A DNA stretch of 64,000 bases from an uncultured delta proteobacterium. Lineage in GTDB: Bacteria > Myxococcota_A > Polyangia > Polyangiales > Polyangiaceae. This document shows positions 10,685 through 23,142 of the stretch, in pieces. The first letter of the stretch is position 1. The number at the start of each line of letters is the position of its first letter. The notes below the pieces were generated by a model. That model had not been told where the DNA came from. It ran no database searches and saw nothing but the letters and a program-made list of their open reading frames with translations. Position numbers and translations under genes: made by a program. The stretch is taken from assembly GCA_963850305.1 (NCBI GenBank), contig CAWKKR010000009.1, positions 32,001 to 96,000 on the forward strand, written 5' to 3'.

Positions 10685-13600
10685 CCTTGACGCTGACGAT
10701 CCGCGACACGCCGGGCTCACCCATTGTGACGCCGTAGAGGACATCGACCGATTGCATCGTGCTCTTGACGTGCGTGATAACGATGAACTGCGAGCGATCA
10801 GTCATGGATTTAATAGCGTCGTTGTAGCGCCGCACGTTCGCCTCGTCGAGCGGCGCATCGACTTCATCCAGGACGCAAAACGGCGATGGCCGATGCCGGA
10901 AGATTGCGAAAATGAGCGCCGTTGCGGTGAGAGCCTTTTCCCCGCCGCTCATTAGTTCGATGTTCCCGAGGCGCTTGCCTGGTGGCTGCGCCGCGATGTC
11001 GACGCCGGTCTCGAGCATGTCCTCCGGATTCGTGAGCAGCAACTCCGCGCGGCCCCCGCGGAACATCTCGTGAAAAGTCTTCCGAAACAGCTCGTTGACG
11101 GCGTCGAAGGTTTCCTTGAAGCGCCGCCGGGATTCCCGATTCATGTGCTTAATGGCACGCTCGAGATCCGCCAGAGCCTTTTCGATGTCGTCCTTCTGCG
11201 CCGTCAGATCGACATAACGTTTCTCGGCTTCTTCGAACTCCGTCTTGGCGTCGAGGTTTACCGGCCCCATGCGCTCGATCAGCTTCGACAGTTCGTCGAT
11301 GCGCCGGCGATGTTCCGTGTCCACGGCTGGGCGCGCGTGATATTTCCCGATGACCCGTTGCAATTCGAGGCCACGGAAGCGCTCCCGGACGCCTCGAAGC
11401 AGATGCTCGCGCTCGAGTTCCAGCTTCTGGACTCTGAGTTCGTGCTCCCGTCCGCGCTCCTCGGCGGAAGTGAGCGTCGAGCGGAGAGTCCGGAGGGTCG
11501 CTTCGCGGGCGCCGAGAGCGGAGCGAATCTGCTCCAAGAGGCGGCGGACGTCGTCGTGCTCGCGATGAAGAGCTCGGGCGACGTCATTTGCCGCGCGCAG
11601 TGATTCGGTCACGCGCATCATGATCGCCGCAGTCTCGCCGAACCCACGCGCGGACTCGACCGAATCGCGCTCGAGTTTCGCGATCCGATCTTCGTGTTCG
11701 TCGATCGACGCAGCGAGACGTTCGGCGGCGCCCCGCGCGGCGTCCAGCTGTTCGCGCACCTGCGCGAGCCGCACCTTGCGTTCGGTCACGAGGGCCGCAT
11801 GCGCCGAGACCCGGTCCTTCCACGCCGTCGCTCCCTCGGAAGCGCGCGCGAACGCGACTTGCGATTGCTCCTGGCGGTGCTCGAGCGCATCCAGCTCGGA
11901 CCGTGCGCTCGCCTCTTCTTGCGCCGACGACTCGATCGAGCGTCCGAGTTCGGCAAGCTCGAGTTCGAGCGCGGTCCTTCGCCGAGCGGACCGTTCGACC
12001 TCGCTCAGTGTGCGCGACAGATCTTTCTCTGCGCTCACGTGCGCGATCTCATTCTCCACGGCGCCCGCCCGCGCCCGATCGAGGGAGGCGCCCAGCTCTG
12101 TCATGCGCGCCCGAATAGCTCGATGAGCGTCGGCGGCGTCGTGAACTTGCCGCTCCAGCCGCTCCACGTCGTGGGTGAGCTGACGGATCTCGCGCTTCTG
12201 TTCGACCATCGCCGAGGCGACATCGTCGCTAGATCCGCCGCTTATGAGCCCCCCCGCCCGCGCGACCGTGCCGTCCAACGACACCGCCGTGGCGTGGTGC
12301 GCGCGAGAGAGGCAAACGGCGTCTTCGGCGGTCCGACACAAGATCGCGTCGCCTACCAATCCGCGAACGAGGTCCTCATGCTCCTCCGTATAGTGCAGGA
12401 AGTCGATCACGTAACCGAGCGCGTCTGGTGGTTCGGGTGAAAGGATTCTCGGAGCTCCGGCGATGTAGCGTGGATTCGCCGGCACCACCGTCGCTCGCCC
12501 GCGGCCCGTCGAGCGCAAACCATCGAGAAGGGCAACTCCACGTTCAGGGTCCGAGACGATGACGCACTGAAGCGTGTCACCGAGCAGACCGGCGAGGGCA
12601 GCCGTGTGGACCTCGTCGACCTCGATGCGGTCCGCGACCATGCCGAGCACCCCGGCATCTCCCGACGACAGGAGCGCGCGAACGCCGGTACCGACGCCTT
12701 CGAGACGTCGGTGCAGATCTTCGAGCGCGCGCAAGCGGTTGCGACGGAGTCCGAGCTCATTTTTCGCCGAATCGAGCTGCCGCTCGGCATCGAGGGACTG
12801 CGGGCGCAACGCCTCACGCTCGCGTTCCAAACCACCGAGTTCCTCAGCGCTCAGGCGCTTTCCTTCGGCTCTCTCCGCGACGCTGCGTCGTAGGGCCGCC
12901 TCGTGCGACGTCAGATCCGCGATCTCCTCGGCTATCCGCTCGAGTTCGGTCAGGGTGCGAGCCCTGCGTTCGCGCGTCTCTTCGGTGCGTCGGCGAAAGC
13001 CGTCCAGGCGTGCGCGGAGCGCGGCGGACGAGGTCGTGGCACCGGTAACGTCGGCTCGCGCCGCCTCGGCCACTTCATGGGCGGTCGCTTCTTCGGCCTG
13101 CAAGGCGACGAGCGCCTGCTCTTCACCCGAAGCATCAGCTTCGCGGGCTTCTGCGTCGCGTCCGAGGGACTGCATGCGTCCGGCGAGTTCGCCACGTTCC
13201 GCGACGAGTTGGGCGAGCTTGAGGCTCAGACTATCGTGCGCCGAGGCAGCCGTTTTCAACCGATCGTCCAGATGAGCGAGGTGATCTCGCGAGCGCGTCA
13301 GTTCGGCTTGCAGCGTACTCACGTCGTTGTCTGCTCCGAACGCCGCTCGGGAAAGCTCCTCCGATTTTTCTTCGACGTTCCCTGCCTCGTTGCGCGCCGC
13401 GATGAGCGCAGTTTCGTCAGCCTGCACGCTCTCCCTCGCGTCGCCAGCCTCCATCGCCGCGGACGTCAGCGCATCGCGTTCCACTCGTTCCAGGACGATG
13501 AGCTCGAGCAGTTGATGACTGCTCTGGTGCAAACTCAGTTCTTCCAACTCCTCGCGGTAGGTGACGAAGCGTTCCGCCTTCGCGGCTTGACGCTTGAGCG

Positions 13601-14231
13601 ATGCGCGGGTTCTGTCGATTTCAGCCACGATGTCGCTCACGCGAAGCAGATTTTGCCGCGTCTGCTCCATCTTGCGCTCGGCATCGCGCCTGTGTTTCTT
13701 GTATTTGGTGATCCCTGCAGCTTCTTCGATGAAGAGCCTTCGATCTTCGGGACGAGCCGTCACTATCTGCCCAATGCGGCCCTGTTCGACGATCGAGTAG
13801 GCCTTCGTTCCCACCCCGGTTCCGAGGAAAAGATCTTGCACGTCGCGCAGGCGAACCTGGGTTTTATTGATGAGATATTCGCTCGTTCCGTCGCGGAAGA
13901 GCCGCCGAGAGACGGCGATTTCGGGGTATGCCGCAAACTCAGGCGGCAGCGTCGCTGCATACGCCTTGTCCCCGTTATCGAAGGTCATGGTGACTTCGGC
14001 GAACCCATGCGGCCCACGGGATTCGGAGCCGTTGAAGATCACGTCCTCCATGGACTTACCGCGTAAGTGTTTGGGGCTTTGCTCGCCCATGCACCAACGG
14101 ATCGAGTCGACGATGTTGGACTTACCGCAACCGTTCGGGCCGACGACGCCAATGACGTCGTGGTCGAAGTGGATTACCGTGCGGTCCACGAAGGACTTGA
14201 ATCCGCAGATCTCCAGCTTCTTGATGTGCAT
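10596..14231 (-). CDS. smc: Chromosome segregation protein SMC
   Basis: GFKSF, GPNGCGKSN Walker A, coiled coils, hinge, MSGGEK signature, LDEVDAPLD. Confidence 0.98.
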   Translation of the reverse strand: MHIKKLEICGFKSFVDRTVIHFDHDVIGVVGPNGCGKSNIVDSIRWCMGEQSPKHLRGKSMEDVIFNGSESRGPHGFAEVTMTFDNGDKAYAATLPPEFAAYPEIAVSRRLFRDGTSEYLINKTQVRLRDVQDLFLGTGVGTKAYSIVEQGRIGQIVTARPEDRRLFIEEAAGITKYKKHRRDAERKMEQTRQNLLRVSDIVAEIDRTRASLKRQAAKAERFVTYREELEELSLHQSSHQLLELIVLERVERDALTSAAMEAGDARESVQADETALIAARNEAGNVEEKSEELSRAAFGADNDVSTLQAELTRSRDHLAHLDDRLKTAASAHDSLSLKLAQLVAERGELAGRMQSLGRDAEAREADASGEEQALVALQAEEATAHEVAEAARADVTGATTSSAALRARLDGFRRRTEETRERRARTLTELERIAEEIADLTSHEAALRRSVAERAEGKRLSAEELGGLEREREALRPQSLDAERQLDSAKNELGLRRNRLRALEDLHRRLEGVGTGVRALLSSGDAGVLGMVADRIEVDEVHTAALAGLLGDTLQCVIVSDPERGVALLDGLRSTGRGRATVVPANPRYIAGAPRILSPEPPDALGYVIDFLHYTEEHEDLVRGLVGDAILCRTAEDAVCLSRAHHATAVSLDGTVARAGGLISGGSSDDVASAMVEQKREIRQLTHDVERLERQVHDAADAHRAIRARMTELGASLDRARAGAVENEIAHVSAEKDLSRTLSEVERSARRRTALELELAELGRSIESSAQEEASARSELDALEHRQEQSQVAFARASEGATAWKDRVSAHAALVTERKVRLAQVREQLDAARGAAERLAASIDEHEDRIAKLERDSVESARGFGETAAIMMRVTESLRAANDVARALHREHDDVRRLLEQIRSALGAREATLRTLRSTLTSAEERGREHELRVQKLELEREHLLRGVRERFRGLELQRVIGKYHARPAVDTEHRRRIDELSKLIERMGPVNLDAKTEFEEAEKRYVDLTAQKDDIEKALADLERAIKHMNRESRRRFKETFDAVNELFRKTFHEMFRGGRAELLLTNPEDMLETGVDIAAQPPGKRLGNIELMSGGEKALTATALIFAIFRHRPSPFCVLDEVDAPLDEANVRRYNDAIKSMTDRSQFIVITHVKSTMQSVDVLYGVTMGEPGVSRIVSVKVNDEATNRSERRGRLDSQTPVEESVASVA

Positions 14232-14622
14232 TCGACTGTCGTTCCTCTGACACGACCATCCGCGCCCCGCGAACCGAAGGGTACGCGCGATTCTCGCTGG
14301 CTCCAGCGAGCGTGACGCTTCGATGGTCGCTCGTTTTAGTTAACCGTTCCCTCGGTGCGCTTCGATGAAAGCGGCAAGTCCTGGCTTCGCCGTCAGCATG
14401 TGATGTATGGTCACGTCAGCTCACCCTGAAAGGATTAGCACCAGTTTACGGTTCCTCACAAGGTAATCTTGCACGGGTTTTCCCCGGGGCGTCCGCCGGC
14501 GGTCGAGGTACGCATGTGATTGATGGTCACTTGAATCGACGGTCTCGCGGCGACGGCGCGTTGACAGGAGTGGGTTCGCTGAACATCAATGACCGGGGTA
14601 GAATGATTACCGGAGAGTTCCG

Positions 14623-14946
14623 ATGACCTATGAGTACGCCTGCGCCGCCTGTGGCCACGAATGGGAGGCCGAGCAGTCCATTCGAGCTCAGGCTCTGAAA
14701 AAGTGCCCCAAATGCGGAAAACTGGAGGCAAAGCGCCAGATCTCCCGGGGGGCTGGCTTCATCTTGAAGGGCGGGGGGTGGTATGCCGACGGCTACGGAT
14801 CGGCCGGGTCGAGTGCCGGAAAAAAAGCCGGCAGCGAGAAAAGTGAGGGCTCGACGTCCGGCGGTTCGGGTGGCGACAAGGGATCGAGTTCGAGCGCTGC
14901 CACGGCGCCCTCCGGAGATTCGAAGAGCAAGACCGCAGCGGCCTGA
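14623..14946 (+). CDS. FmdB-family zinc-ribbon protein
   Basis: MTYEYACAACGHEWE..CPKCG..GFILKGGGWY; low-complexity tail. Confidence 0.9.
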   Translation: MTYEYACAACGHEWEAEQSIRAQALKKCPKCGKLEAKRQISRGAGFILKGGGWYADGYGSAGSSAGKKAGSEKSEGSTSGGSGGDKGSSSSAATAPSGDSKSKTAAA

Positions 14947-14967
14947 AAGCTGGGTAGGCTCGAACCG

Positions 14968-16032
14968 ATGGATGGGAAAACGCGGCTTAACGAGATCCGG
15001 GCAAGCATCACCGCGCTCGATCGACAGCTAGCTCGCGTTCTCGAAGAACGGGCGAAGCTTTCGCGTCAGATCCAGGCGCTTGGTGAGATCGGTGGTGTCG
15101 CAACGGACGCCGAGCGGGACGTGCTCCGCTTCTTGAACGAGGAACCGGAAGGGGAGCTTCCCAAGGAAGCTCTGCGCGCGATATTCGCTCAGGTGGCGGC
15201 GACGTCCCGCGCGCTCGAGCGATCGCTGAGAGTCGCGTACGTCGGTCCCGAAGGCGGCTTCGGGCATCAGATGGCAAAGCTCCACTTCGGCCCCGGCGCA
15301 GTCTTGCTCGAGAGCGCGACGGTCGCCGATGCTCTCGAGGAGGTTCTTCGACAACGAGCGTCGTTCTGCGCATTTTCGTTCGATACCTCGGTGGATGGAT
15401 TGAGTCTCCCCGCGGTCTCGGCGCTCGCAGAGACGGAGCTGGTGCTCGTCGGTGAGCGCACATTACCCGCCAAGCTTTGCCTCATGAACATGGCCGGGAC
15501 CGGTCCGATCGGACGGCTCTATTCCACGTCGACTGGCCACGCCATGTCGGAGAGGTTCAGGAAGCGCGAATATTTGCAGGCCGTCGTGCTGGACGTGCGC
15601 TCCCCGGTCGAAGCGGTGCGCCGCGCGAAGGAAGAGCCAGGTGCTGCAGCGGTCGTTCCAGAAGCCTGCGGCCGCGAGCTCGGTCTCGAAGTCGTCAAGG
15701 AGAATGTCGGCGATGAACCTGCATTGCGGTGTCGCTACGGCATCGTCGGAACGCGCCCCGCCAGCCGATCGGGGAGCGACACGACGTGCTTGCTTTTCAG
15801 TCTGGACGACGCGCCGGGTACGCTGTTTGAGGTACTCGGGCACTTCGCCGAGCGCGGCATCAACTTGAAAAAAATTCAGTCACGCCCGGTGCGCGGAGCG
15901 AGCTGGGACTACATCTTCTACGTGGAGGTCAGCGGACACGTCACCGACCGCGCCGTTGTGACGGCGATCGAGGCCGTCAAGGGCTCGACGAAATACCTGA
16001 AGCTCCTCGGATCCTTTCCGACCGAAGTGTGA
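14968..16032 (+). CDS. pheA: Chorismate mutase/prephenate dehydratase (P-protein)
   Basis: N-terminal CM helix (IRASITALDRQL), VAYVGPEG, ACT domain PGTLFEVLGHFAERGINLKKIQSRP, LLGSFP. Confidence 0.9.
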   Translation: MDGKTRLNEIRASITALDRQLARVLEERAKLSRQIQALGEIGGVATDAERDVLRFLNEEPEGELPKEALRAIFAQVAATSRALERSLRVAYVGPEGGFGHQMAKLHFGPGAVLLESATVADALEEVLRQRASFCAFSFDTSVDGLSLPAVSALAETELVLVGERTLPAKLCLMNMAGTGPIGRLYSTSTGHAMSERFRKREYLQAVVLDVRSPVEAVRRAKEEPGAAAVVPEACGRELGLEVVKENVGDEPALRCRYGIVGTRPASRSGSDTTCLLFSLDDAPGTLFEVLGHFAERGINLKKIQSRPVRGASWDYIFYVEVSGHVTDRAVVTAIEAVKGSTKYLKLLGSFPTEV

Positions 16033-16099
16033 GCGGGAGAGCAACCGGGGCGTTCGGACGAGCTGCCCCGCGCGTGCTTTGGTGTACGCTCCGCGCCGC

Positions 16100-17182
16100 A
16101 TGAGCCTCGAAGTCACCCCGACCATCGCCCGGCTTCGTCCTTACGAGGCGGGCAAACCGCTCGAGGAGCTCGCGCGCGAGCTCGGAATCGCCGATGCTAT
16201 CAAGCTTGCATCGAACGAGAACCCTCTGGGGCCTTCGCCGAAGGCGGTCGACGCCGCCCGCGCGGCTCTCTCGGCTGCGCACCGGTACCCTGACGCGAGC
16301 GCCCACCATCTCAGGGCACGCCTTGCGGCGAAGCTCGGTGTTTCGACGGAGGAGGTCATCCAGGGGAACGGCTCGAACGAATTGCTCGAGCTGCTGGTCC
16401 GCACGTTCACCACACCGGCCGACCACGTCGTGTTCGCCGACCCGTCGTTCGTCGTCTATCAGCTTGCGTGTCTGGCGCACGGCGTCTCCTTCACCGCCGT
16501 GCCGCTCGTGCATGACGTCCACGATCTGTCGGCAATGGCCGCTGCAGTCACGCCGAAGACGCGACTCATCTTCGTCGCAAATCCGAATAACCCGACAGGT
16601 ACCTACGTCGGGCGCCGCGCGATGGAAGAGTTCTTGCGTTCGATTCCTGGACACGTCCTGGTCGCTCTCGACGAGGCGTATTGCGAATACGCCGACGCCC
16701 CGGACTATCCCGACGGGGTGGAACTTCGACGGGTGAACGAGCGACTGGTCGTGTTGAGGACGTTCTCGAAGGTCTACGGCCTGGCGGCGCTGCGAGTGGG
16801 ATACGCCGTCGCGATGCCAGAAATCGTCGACTACATGAATCGCGTGCGGGCACCCTTCAACGTAAGTTCGCCGGGGCAGGCAGCAGCTCTGGCGGCTCTG
16901 GATGACGTCGAGCACGTCGCGCGCAGCGTCCGCGAAAACGCCGTGGAGCGGACGCGCATCGGTCGTGAGCTCGCGTCGATGGCCGTTGGGGTGACTCCGA
17001 GTCAGGCCAATTTCGTGTATTGCGAATTCCGACGGCCGGCACGCGCGATCTACGAGGCGCTTCTGCGGAAAGGGGTCATCGTGCGACCGTTCGGCTCTTT
17101 GCCGACGAAGTTGCGCGTCACGGTCGGAACGGGCACGGAGAACGATCGCTTTCTCGGGGCGCTGCGCGAGGTGCTGTTGTGA
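16100..17182 (+). CDS. hisC: Histidinol-phosphate aminotransferase
   Basis: KLASNENPLGP, NPNNPTG, DEAY, RTFSKVYGLAALRVGY. Confidence 0.95.
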   Translation: MSLEVTPTIARLRPYEAGKPLEELARELGIADAIKLASNENPLGPSPKAVDAARAALSAAHRYPDASAHHLRARLAAKLGVSTEEVIQGNGSNELLELLVRTFTTPADHVVFADPSFVVYQLACLAHGVSFTAVPLVHDVHDLSAMAAAVTPKTRLIFVANPNNPTGTYVGRRAMEEFLRSIPGHVLVALDEAYCEYADAPDYPDGVELRRVNERLVVLRTFSKVYGLAALRVGYAVAMPEIVDYMNRVRAPFNVSSPGQAAALAALDDVEHVARSVRENAVERTRIGRELASMAVGVTPSQANFVYCEFRRPARAIYEALLRKGVIVRPFGSLPTKLRVTVGTGTENDRFLGALREVLL

Positions 17183-17216
17183 ATTCGGGGCTCCATCCGT
17201 CTCGGGGAGGCCGACC

Positions 17217-18569
17217 GTGAGCCGTGTTCTGGTCCGTCCGGCGGAAAGACCGCTGAGCGGCGGCGTCCCGGTTCCGAGTGACAAGAGCATCGGCCACCGG
17301 TCGTTCATCTTCGCGTCGCTCGCAAAGGGAACCTCGATCGTCAGGAGCTTTTCGTACGGCGAGGACAACGTCGCGACGATGAAGGCGTTCGCGTCGATGG
17401 GCGTGGGCGTAACCGACGATGGCTGCGGTACCGTGACTGTCGAGGGGCGCGGTCTCGTCGATCTGGCGGCGCCGCGGGACGCGATCGACTGCGGCAATTC
17501 CGGCACGACGATGAGACTCCTCGCGGGCGTTCTCTCCGCGCAGCCGTTTCGGTCGCGCCTGACGGGAGATGCCTCGTTGTCGCGGCGTCCGATGGGGCGC
17601 ATCGCGAGGCCGCTCCGTGCCCGGGGCGCATCCGTCGAGGGTGCGCCGCACGCCACGCGCAAGGAGGAGATCACGGCGCCCCTCGACGTCGGGCCGCTAG
17701 CTCCCGGCGCTCGGCTCGCGGGGCTGGAGTACCGTCTGCCCGTCTCGAGCGCGCAGGTGAAGAGCGCTCTGTTGTTATCCGGATTGTTCGCGTCCGGACC
17801 GACGATTCTTTACGAACCACTCGCATCGCGGGATCACACGGAGCGCATGCTTGCGGCCCTCGGCATTCCGCTTCGCGCGGCGGGTACGATGGTGAGTCTC
17901 GAGCCGCCGGAGCGTGCGGACGCGATCCGTGCCTTCGACGTCGATCTCCCCGGCGATCTGTCGGCGGCGGCATTTCTTCTCTGCGCTGCCGAGATCGTCG
18001 AAGGAAGCGTGGTCACGACGCGGCGCACCGGCCTGAATCCGACGCGCGCGGGGATCCTCGACATCATTCGCATGCTGGGCGGTTTTATCGCCACGGAGCC
18101 ACAGGGGGACGTGCTCGGGGAGCCGTTCGGTCTCACGACGGCAAGGTTCTCCGAACTCCATGCGCGACCGGTCGGTGGAGAACTCGCGACACGCAGCATC
18201 GACGAGATCCCCGTGGCGTGCGTGCTGGCGGCACGCGCCGCAGGGACCACGGTCTTCAGCGACGTCGGAGAGCTACGGGTCAAGGAATCGGACCGCATCG
18301 CCCGCGTCGTGGCGCTGCTGCGCGATTTCGGCGTCGAGGCAGAGGAGAGTGAGGATGGGTTTTCCGTGCTCGGCCGGCCCGAGGGGCGTCTCCGCGCCGC
18401 CCGAGTGACGAGCCACGGCGATCACCGAATCGCGATGACCGCCTGCGTGCTCGGGCTGGTCGCGGAGGGCGAGACCGTCGTGGAGGACGCGGATTGCATC
18501 GGAACCAGCTTCCCTCGGTTCGTCGGGACGCTCCGCGCGCTCGGGGCCGACGTCGAGGTCCGGCCGTGA
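17217..18569 (+). CDS. aroA: 3-phosphoshikimate 1-carboxyvinyltransferase (EPSP synthase)
   Basis: DKSIGHR, DCGNSGTTMRL, SAQVKSA, RDHTE, ELRVKESDRI, DHRIAM. Confidence 0.97.
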   Translation: MSRVLVRPAERPLSGGVPVPSDKSIGHRSFIFASLAKGTSIVRSFSYGEDNVATMKAFASMGVGVTDDGCGTVTVEGRGLVDLAAPRDAIDCGNSGTTMRLLAGVLSAQPFRSRLTGDASLSRRPMGRIARPLRARGASVEGAPHATRKEEITAPLDVGPLAPGARLAGLEYRLPVSSAQVKSALLLSGLFASGPTILYEPLASRDHTERMLAALGIPLRAAGTMVSLEPPERADAIRAFDVDLPGDLSAAAFLLCAAEIVEGSVVTTRRTGLNPTRAGILDIIRMLGGFIATEPQGDVLGEPFGLTTARFSELHARPVGGELATRSIDEIPVACVLAARAAGTTVFSDVGELRVKESDRIARVVALLRDFGVEAEESEDGFSVLGRPEGRLRAARVTSHGDHRIAMTACVLGLVAEGETVVEDADCIGTSFPRFVGTLRALGADVEVRP

Positions 18570-18571
18570 CG

Positions 18572-19279
18572 ATGCGTGAGCCCCGTATTGCGATCGACGG
18601 TCCGGCGGGAGCCGGCAAGAGCACGGTGTCACGACGCGTCGCCGACCGGCTGGGGTATCTGCTTCTCGACACGGGCGCGCTTTATCGATGCGTCGCGCTC
18701 GCAGCGAAGGACGCGACCATTGCGTGGACTGACGAAGCACGAGTCGGCGATCTTGCGCGCGCCATGGCTCAACGTGAAGCGATCCGGTTCGAAGCTGCCG
18801 CTGGAGGTCAGCGGATTCTGCTCGACGGAAGGGACGTCTCGAGCGCCATCCGAACGCAGGACATAGCGGAGGGGGCGAGCCAGGTGAGCGCCCTGGCTCC
18901 GGTGCGCGAAGCTCTGCTCGACATGCAGCGAGCCGCGGCTCGCGCGGGTGGCGTGGTCCTCGAAGGGCGCGACATAGGCACGGTCGTCCTCCCGGACGCG
19001 GAAGCGAAGTTTTTTCTGACCGCCTCGCTCGAGATCCGGACGGCCCGGCGCGTTCGCGATCTCGAAGAGCGTGGCCAACATGCCGTGCCGGAGGACATCG
19101 AACGCGAGGTCCGCCAGCGGGACGCGCGCGACACGATGCGAGCGGTCGCGCCGCTTCGGCAGGCGACGGATGCCTTTCTCGTCGACAGCACTCACATGAC
19201 GATCGAAGAGGTTGTCGATGCGATTGTCTCTCGCATCGCGGAAATCCGGTTCGCGCGGGCGTCCGAGAAGGCCGAGTGA
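18572..19279 (+). CDS. cmk: Cytidylate kinase
   Basis: IAIDGPAGAGKST, LDTGALYR, EGRDIGTVVLPDA. Confidence 0.96.
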   Translation: MREPRIAIDGPAGAGKSTVSRRVADRLGYLLLDTGALYRCVALAAKDATIAWTDEARVGDLARAMAQREAIRFEAAAGGQRILLDGRDVSSAIRTQDIAEGASQVSALAPVREALLDMQRAAARAGGVVLEGRDIGTVVLPDAEAKFFLTASLEIRTARRVRDLEERGQHAVPEDIEREVRQRDARDTMRAVAPLRQATDAFLVDSTHMTIEEVVDAIVSRIAEIRFARASEKAE

Positions 19280-20223
19280 CGCTCGCGTCGCGTCCGGCTC
19301 GCATTGTGGCGGCGGGGGCGCTCATGATCGGGGTCGTCTCCTGTGTGGCGCGGATCCCGCCGCCACCCGCGGCTGCACCGTCCCTGGACCGGCCGAGCGC
19401 CGCGATCCCAGCAGATCTCGACGTCGCATTCCGGGTGGATCTCGACGCGGCGAAGCGATTCTTCGGGCCGAGCGTCGCTCGAGCGCTGCGGGTCAATCTG
19501 GTCGATCCTGCGACGGATCCCGCCATGGCAGCCTTTCTCGCCGACGCACTCGCAAGGACATCGACGGTGTGGGTCGCGCTGCGCCCGGGGCTCGCGGCCG
19601 ATGCAGCGGACAACGTCCTGATTCTTCGAGGCGCGTTTGGACAGCTCGAGCCAGGCGCGGACAGCGGCTTCGAGCCGCCCGTGGATCTGGGTGCGGCATT
19701 CCGGAGGTACGATCGCCCCGTTCCGAAGCGCCGCTCGGCGCCGGCTCGCGTCTATGCGCGCGCGAACGACTGGCTCGTCTTCGTGTCGAGCGCGGAGCTC
19801 GACAGCACCGCGCGCTCGCTCGATCGAGGGAGCAGTGATCCTCACCTCGATCCTCCGGATCGCGGCCTGTTCTCGCTGTCGGCGCGCGTCCCGCCGCTGG
19901 TCCCATTGCTCCTGCCGGGTTACCGTCCGCTCGCGGAGGCGCTCGCGGGCGCGACGATGCTCGACGCCAGCGTGCTCGCGGACGATCGCGGGCTGCGCGT
20001 GAACGTCGATGTTCGCTTCGAAACCGGCGGTGCGGCCGTCGAGGCTCGCGATCGCGCTCGGCTTCTGTTGGCGGTGCTCGGTCGCGCGACGGGGCTCGTC
20101 GGAAAACTTGCCCGAGGAGCCGTCGCAGACGCGGAAGCGACTACGCTTTTCGTGAAGATCGAGCTCGATGCCAGGGGTTTGTCCGAGGTAATAGGTTGCC
20201 TCACCGGAGCGAGCTGCGAATAG
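19276..20223 (+). CDS. Hypothetical lipoprotein
   Basis: Start overlaps the cmk stop; hydrophobic leader followed by VSC. Confidence 0.6.
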   Translation: MTLASRPARIVAAGALMIGVVSCVARIPPPPAAAPSLDRPSAAIPADLDVAFRVDLDAAKRFFGPSVARALRVNLVDPATDPAMAAFLADALARTSTVWVALRPGLAADAADNVLILRGAFGQLEPGADSGFEPPVDLGAAFRRYDRPVPKRRSAPARVYARANDWLVFVSSAELDSTARSLDRGSSDPHLDPPDRGLFSLSARVPPLVPLLLPGYRPLAEALAGATMLDASVLADDRGLRVNVDVRFETGGAAVEARDRARLLLAVLGRATGLVGKLARGAVADAEATTLFVKIELDARGLSEVIGCLTGASCE

Positions 20224-21230
20224 TGCCCGCGCCGAGCCATTTGCCCGCCAACGGAACACCCCATCGAGATCGGCGCGGGCATTCGTTCCGGACGGTGGCA
20301 ATCGGCGGAGGGGTGCTCGCGGCCGTGATCGTGTCGGTGCTGATCGCTCTCTACGTCCGGTTCCTTCGCTACGAGCGCGTCGCGGTCCGTCACGTTCCCG
20401 AGGGGGCCGCATTTGTCGTTCGTCTCGACGTTGCGCAGGCGCCCCTCTATGAGCCCGTGCGACGGCGTCTGCTACCGCTGCTCGGTGGTCCGCTCTCCCT
20501 GCCGTCGGAAGGGGACGCTCGACTGTTCCGGATCGAGGAGCGCACCGATCTGCATTCCAGCGATCTGCGGGAAGTCGTCGTCGCGTTCGGGCCTGCCACG
20601 GCCGATTGGGTGATCGTGCTCGGCGGCATCTTTCCCGCGGGGCCGGGGATGGCCGTTCTCGCGGCGGCCCTGCACGCCGAGAGCCCGCGGTGGGCGGCGA
20701 GCTCGGACGGCGTGGCTTCGGTCTTCGACGGTCGAACCGCGATTGGTCGTGGGCGGGACGCCACCGTCGTGATCGCTTCGAGCGAGGCGTTGCTCCGGCG
20801 CGCCCTCGTTCCAGGGGGGGCGTACTCGGAGCTCGGTCTGTCGAACGAGGGCGCGGGAGCCCTGGCCGCCACGGCCGCGGGCGTGGGCGCTTTAACCAGG
20901 ATGGTGGGGTTGTTGCCTGCGCTCACCACCGGGCTCACGCACCTCACCGGCCAGCTGACGCTCGGCAATCGGCTAGAGTTGAAGCTCGTGGGGACGGACT
21001 CCGGCGACGGACACGCCGGCCGCGACGCTCGCGACGCCCTGGCCCGCGCGCGGGACTTCCAGCGCGGCGACTCTTCGCCCACCTCCACGTTGGTGGGCGC
21101 TCTGGCAGACCGAGCGGTGCTCCTCGCTCCCACGCCCCGCTCCTCGGCGGTTGTCCTCGTTTGGGAGCTGGAAGAGGTGGATCAGGCGTTTTCCTTGCTG
21201 GCCGACTCCGTTCGTGACCGATGGCGATAG
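20223..21230 (+). CDS. Hypothetical membrane-anchored protein
   Basis: N-terminal TM helix; coupled to the previous stop; fills the gap in the operon. Confidence 0.6.
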   Translation: MPAPSHLPANGTPHRDRRGHSFRTVAIGGGVLAAVIVSVLIALYVRFLRYERVAVRHVPEGAAFVVRLDVAQAPLYEPVRRRLLPLLGGPLSLPSEGDARLFRIEERTDLHSSDLREVVVAFGPATADWVIVLGGIFPAGPGMAVLAAALHAESPRWAASSDGVASVFDGRTAIGRGRDATVVIASSEALLRRALVPGGAYSELGLSNEGAGALAATAAGVGALTRMVGLLPALTTGLTHLTGQLTLGNRLELKLVGTDSGDGHAGRDARDALARARDFQRGDSSPTSTLVGALADRAVLLAPTPRSSAVVLVWELEEVDQAFSLLADSVRDRWR

Positions 21231-21371
21231 GCCTGGCCGGCGGTCCGAGCTGTTGACTCGACCGGGGGCGTGGGGTACCTGAGCCCCGCCGGCTCTTCGA
21301 CCCTCTCGAGCTCCGACTCGAGGCGGCTTCGCTCACGCCGAGATTCCGACGGAAGGTTCTCTACAATATCC

Positions 21372-23117
<1,746 letters not shown>

Positions 23118-23142
23118 TCGCGCTCGACGAACACCCCTGTGG

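Noticed and set aside
14578..14594. Third LexA box (GTTCAGC on the minus strand)
   Set aside because: Lacks the CTR half-site and fits the local GTGA-N7-TCAC motif better
15977..17674. 565-aa minus-strand ORF (and similar long Arg/Pro-rich ORFs such as 51889-53940 and 31382-33145)
   Set aside because: Shadow or alternative frames of well-supported genes, with no motifs
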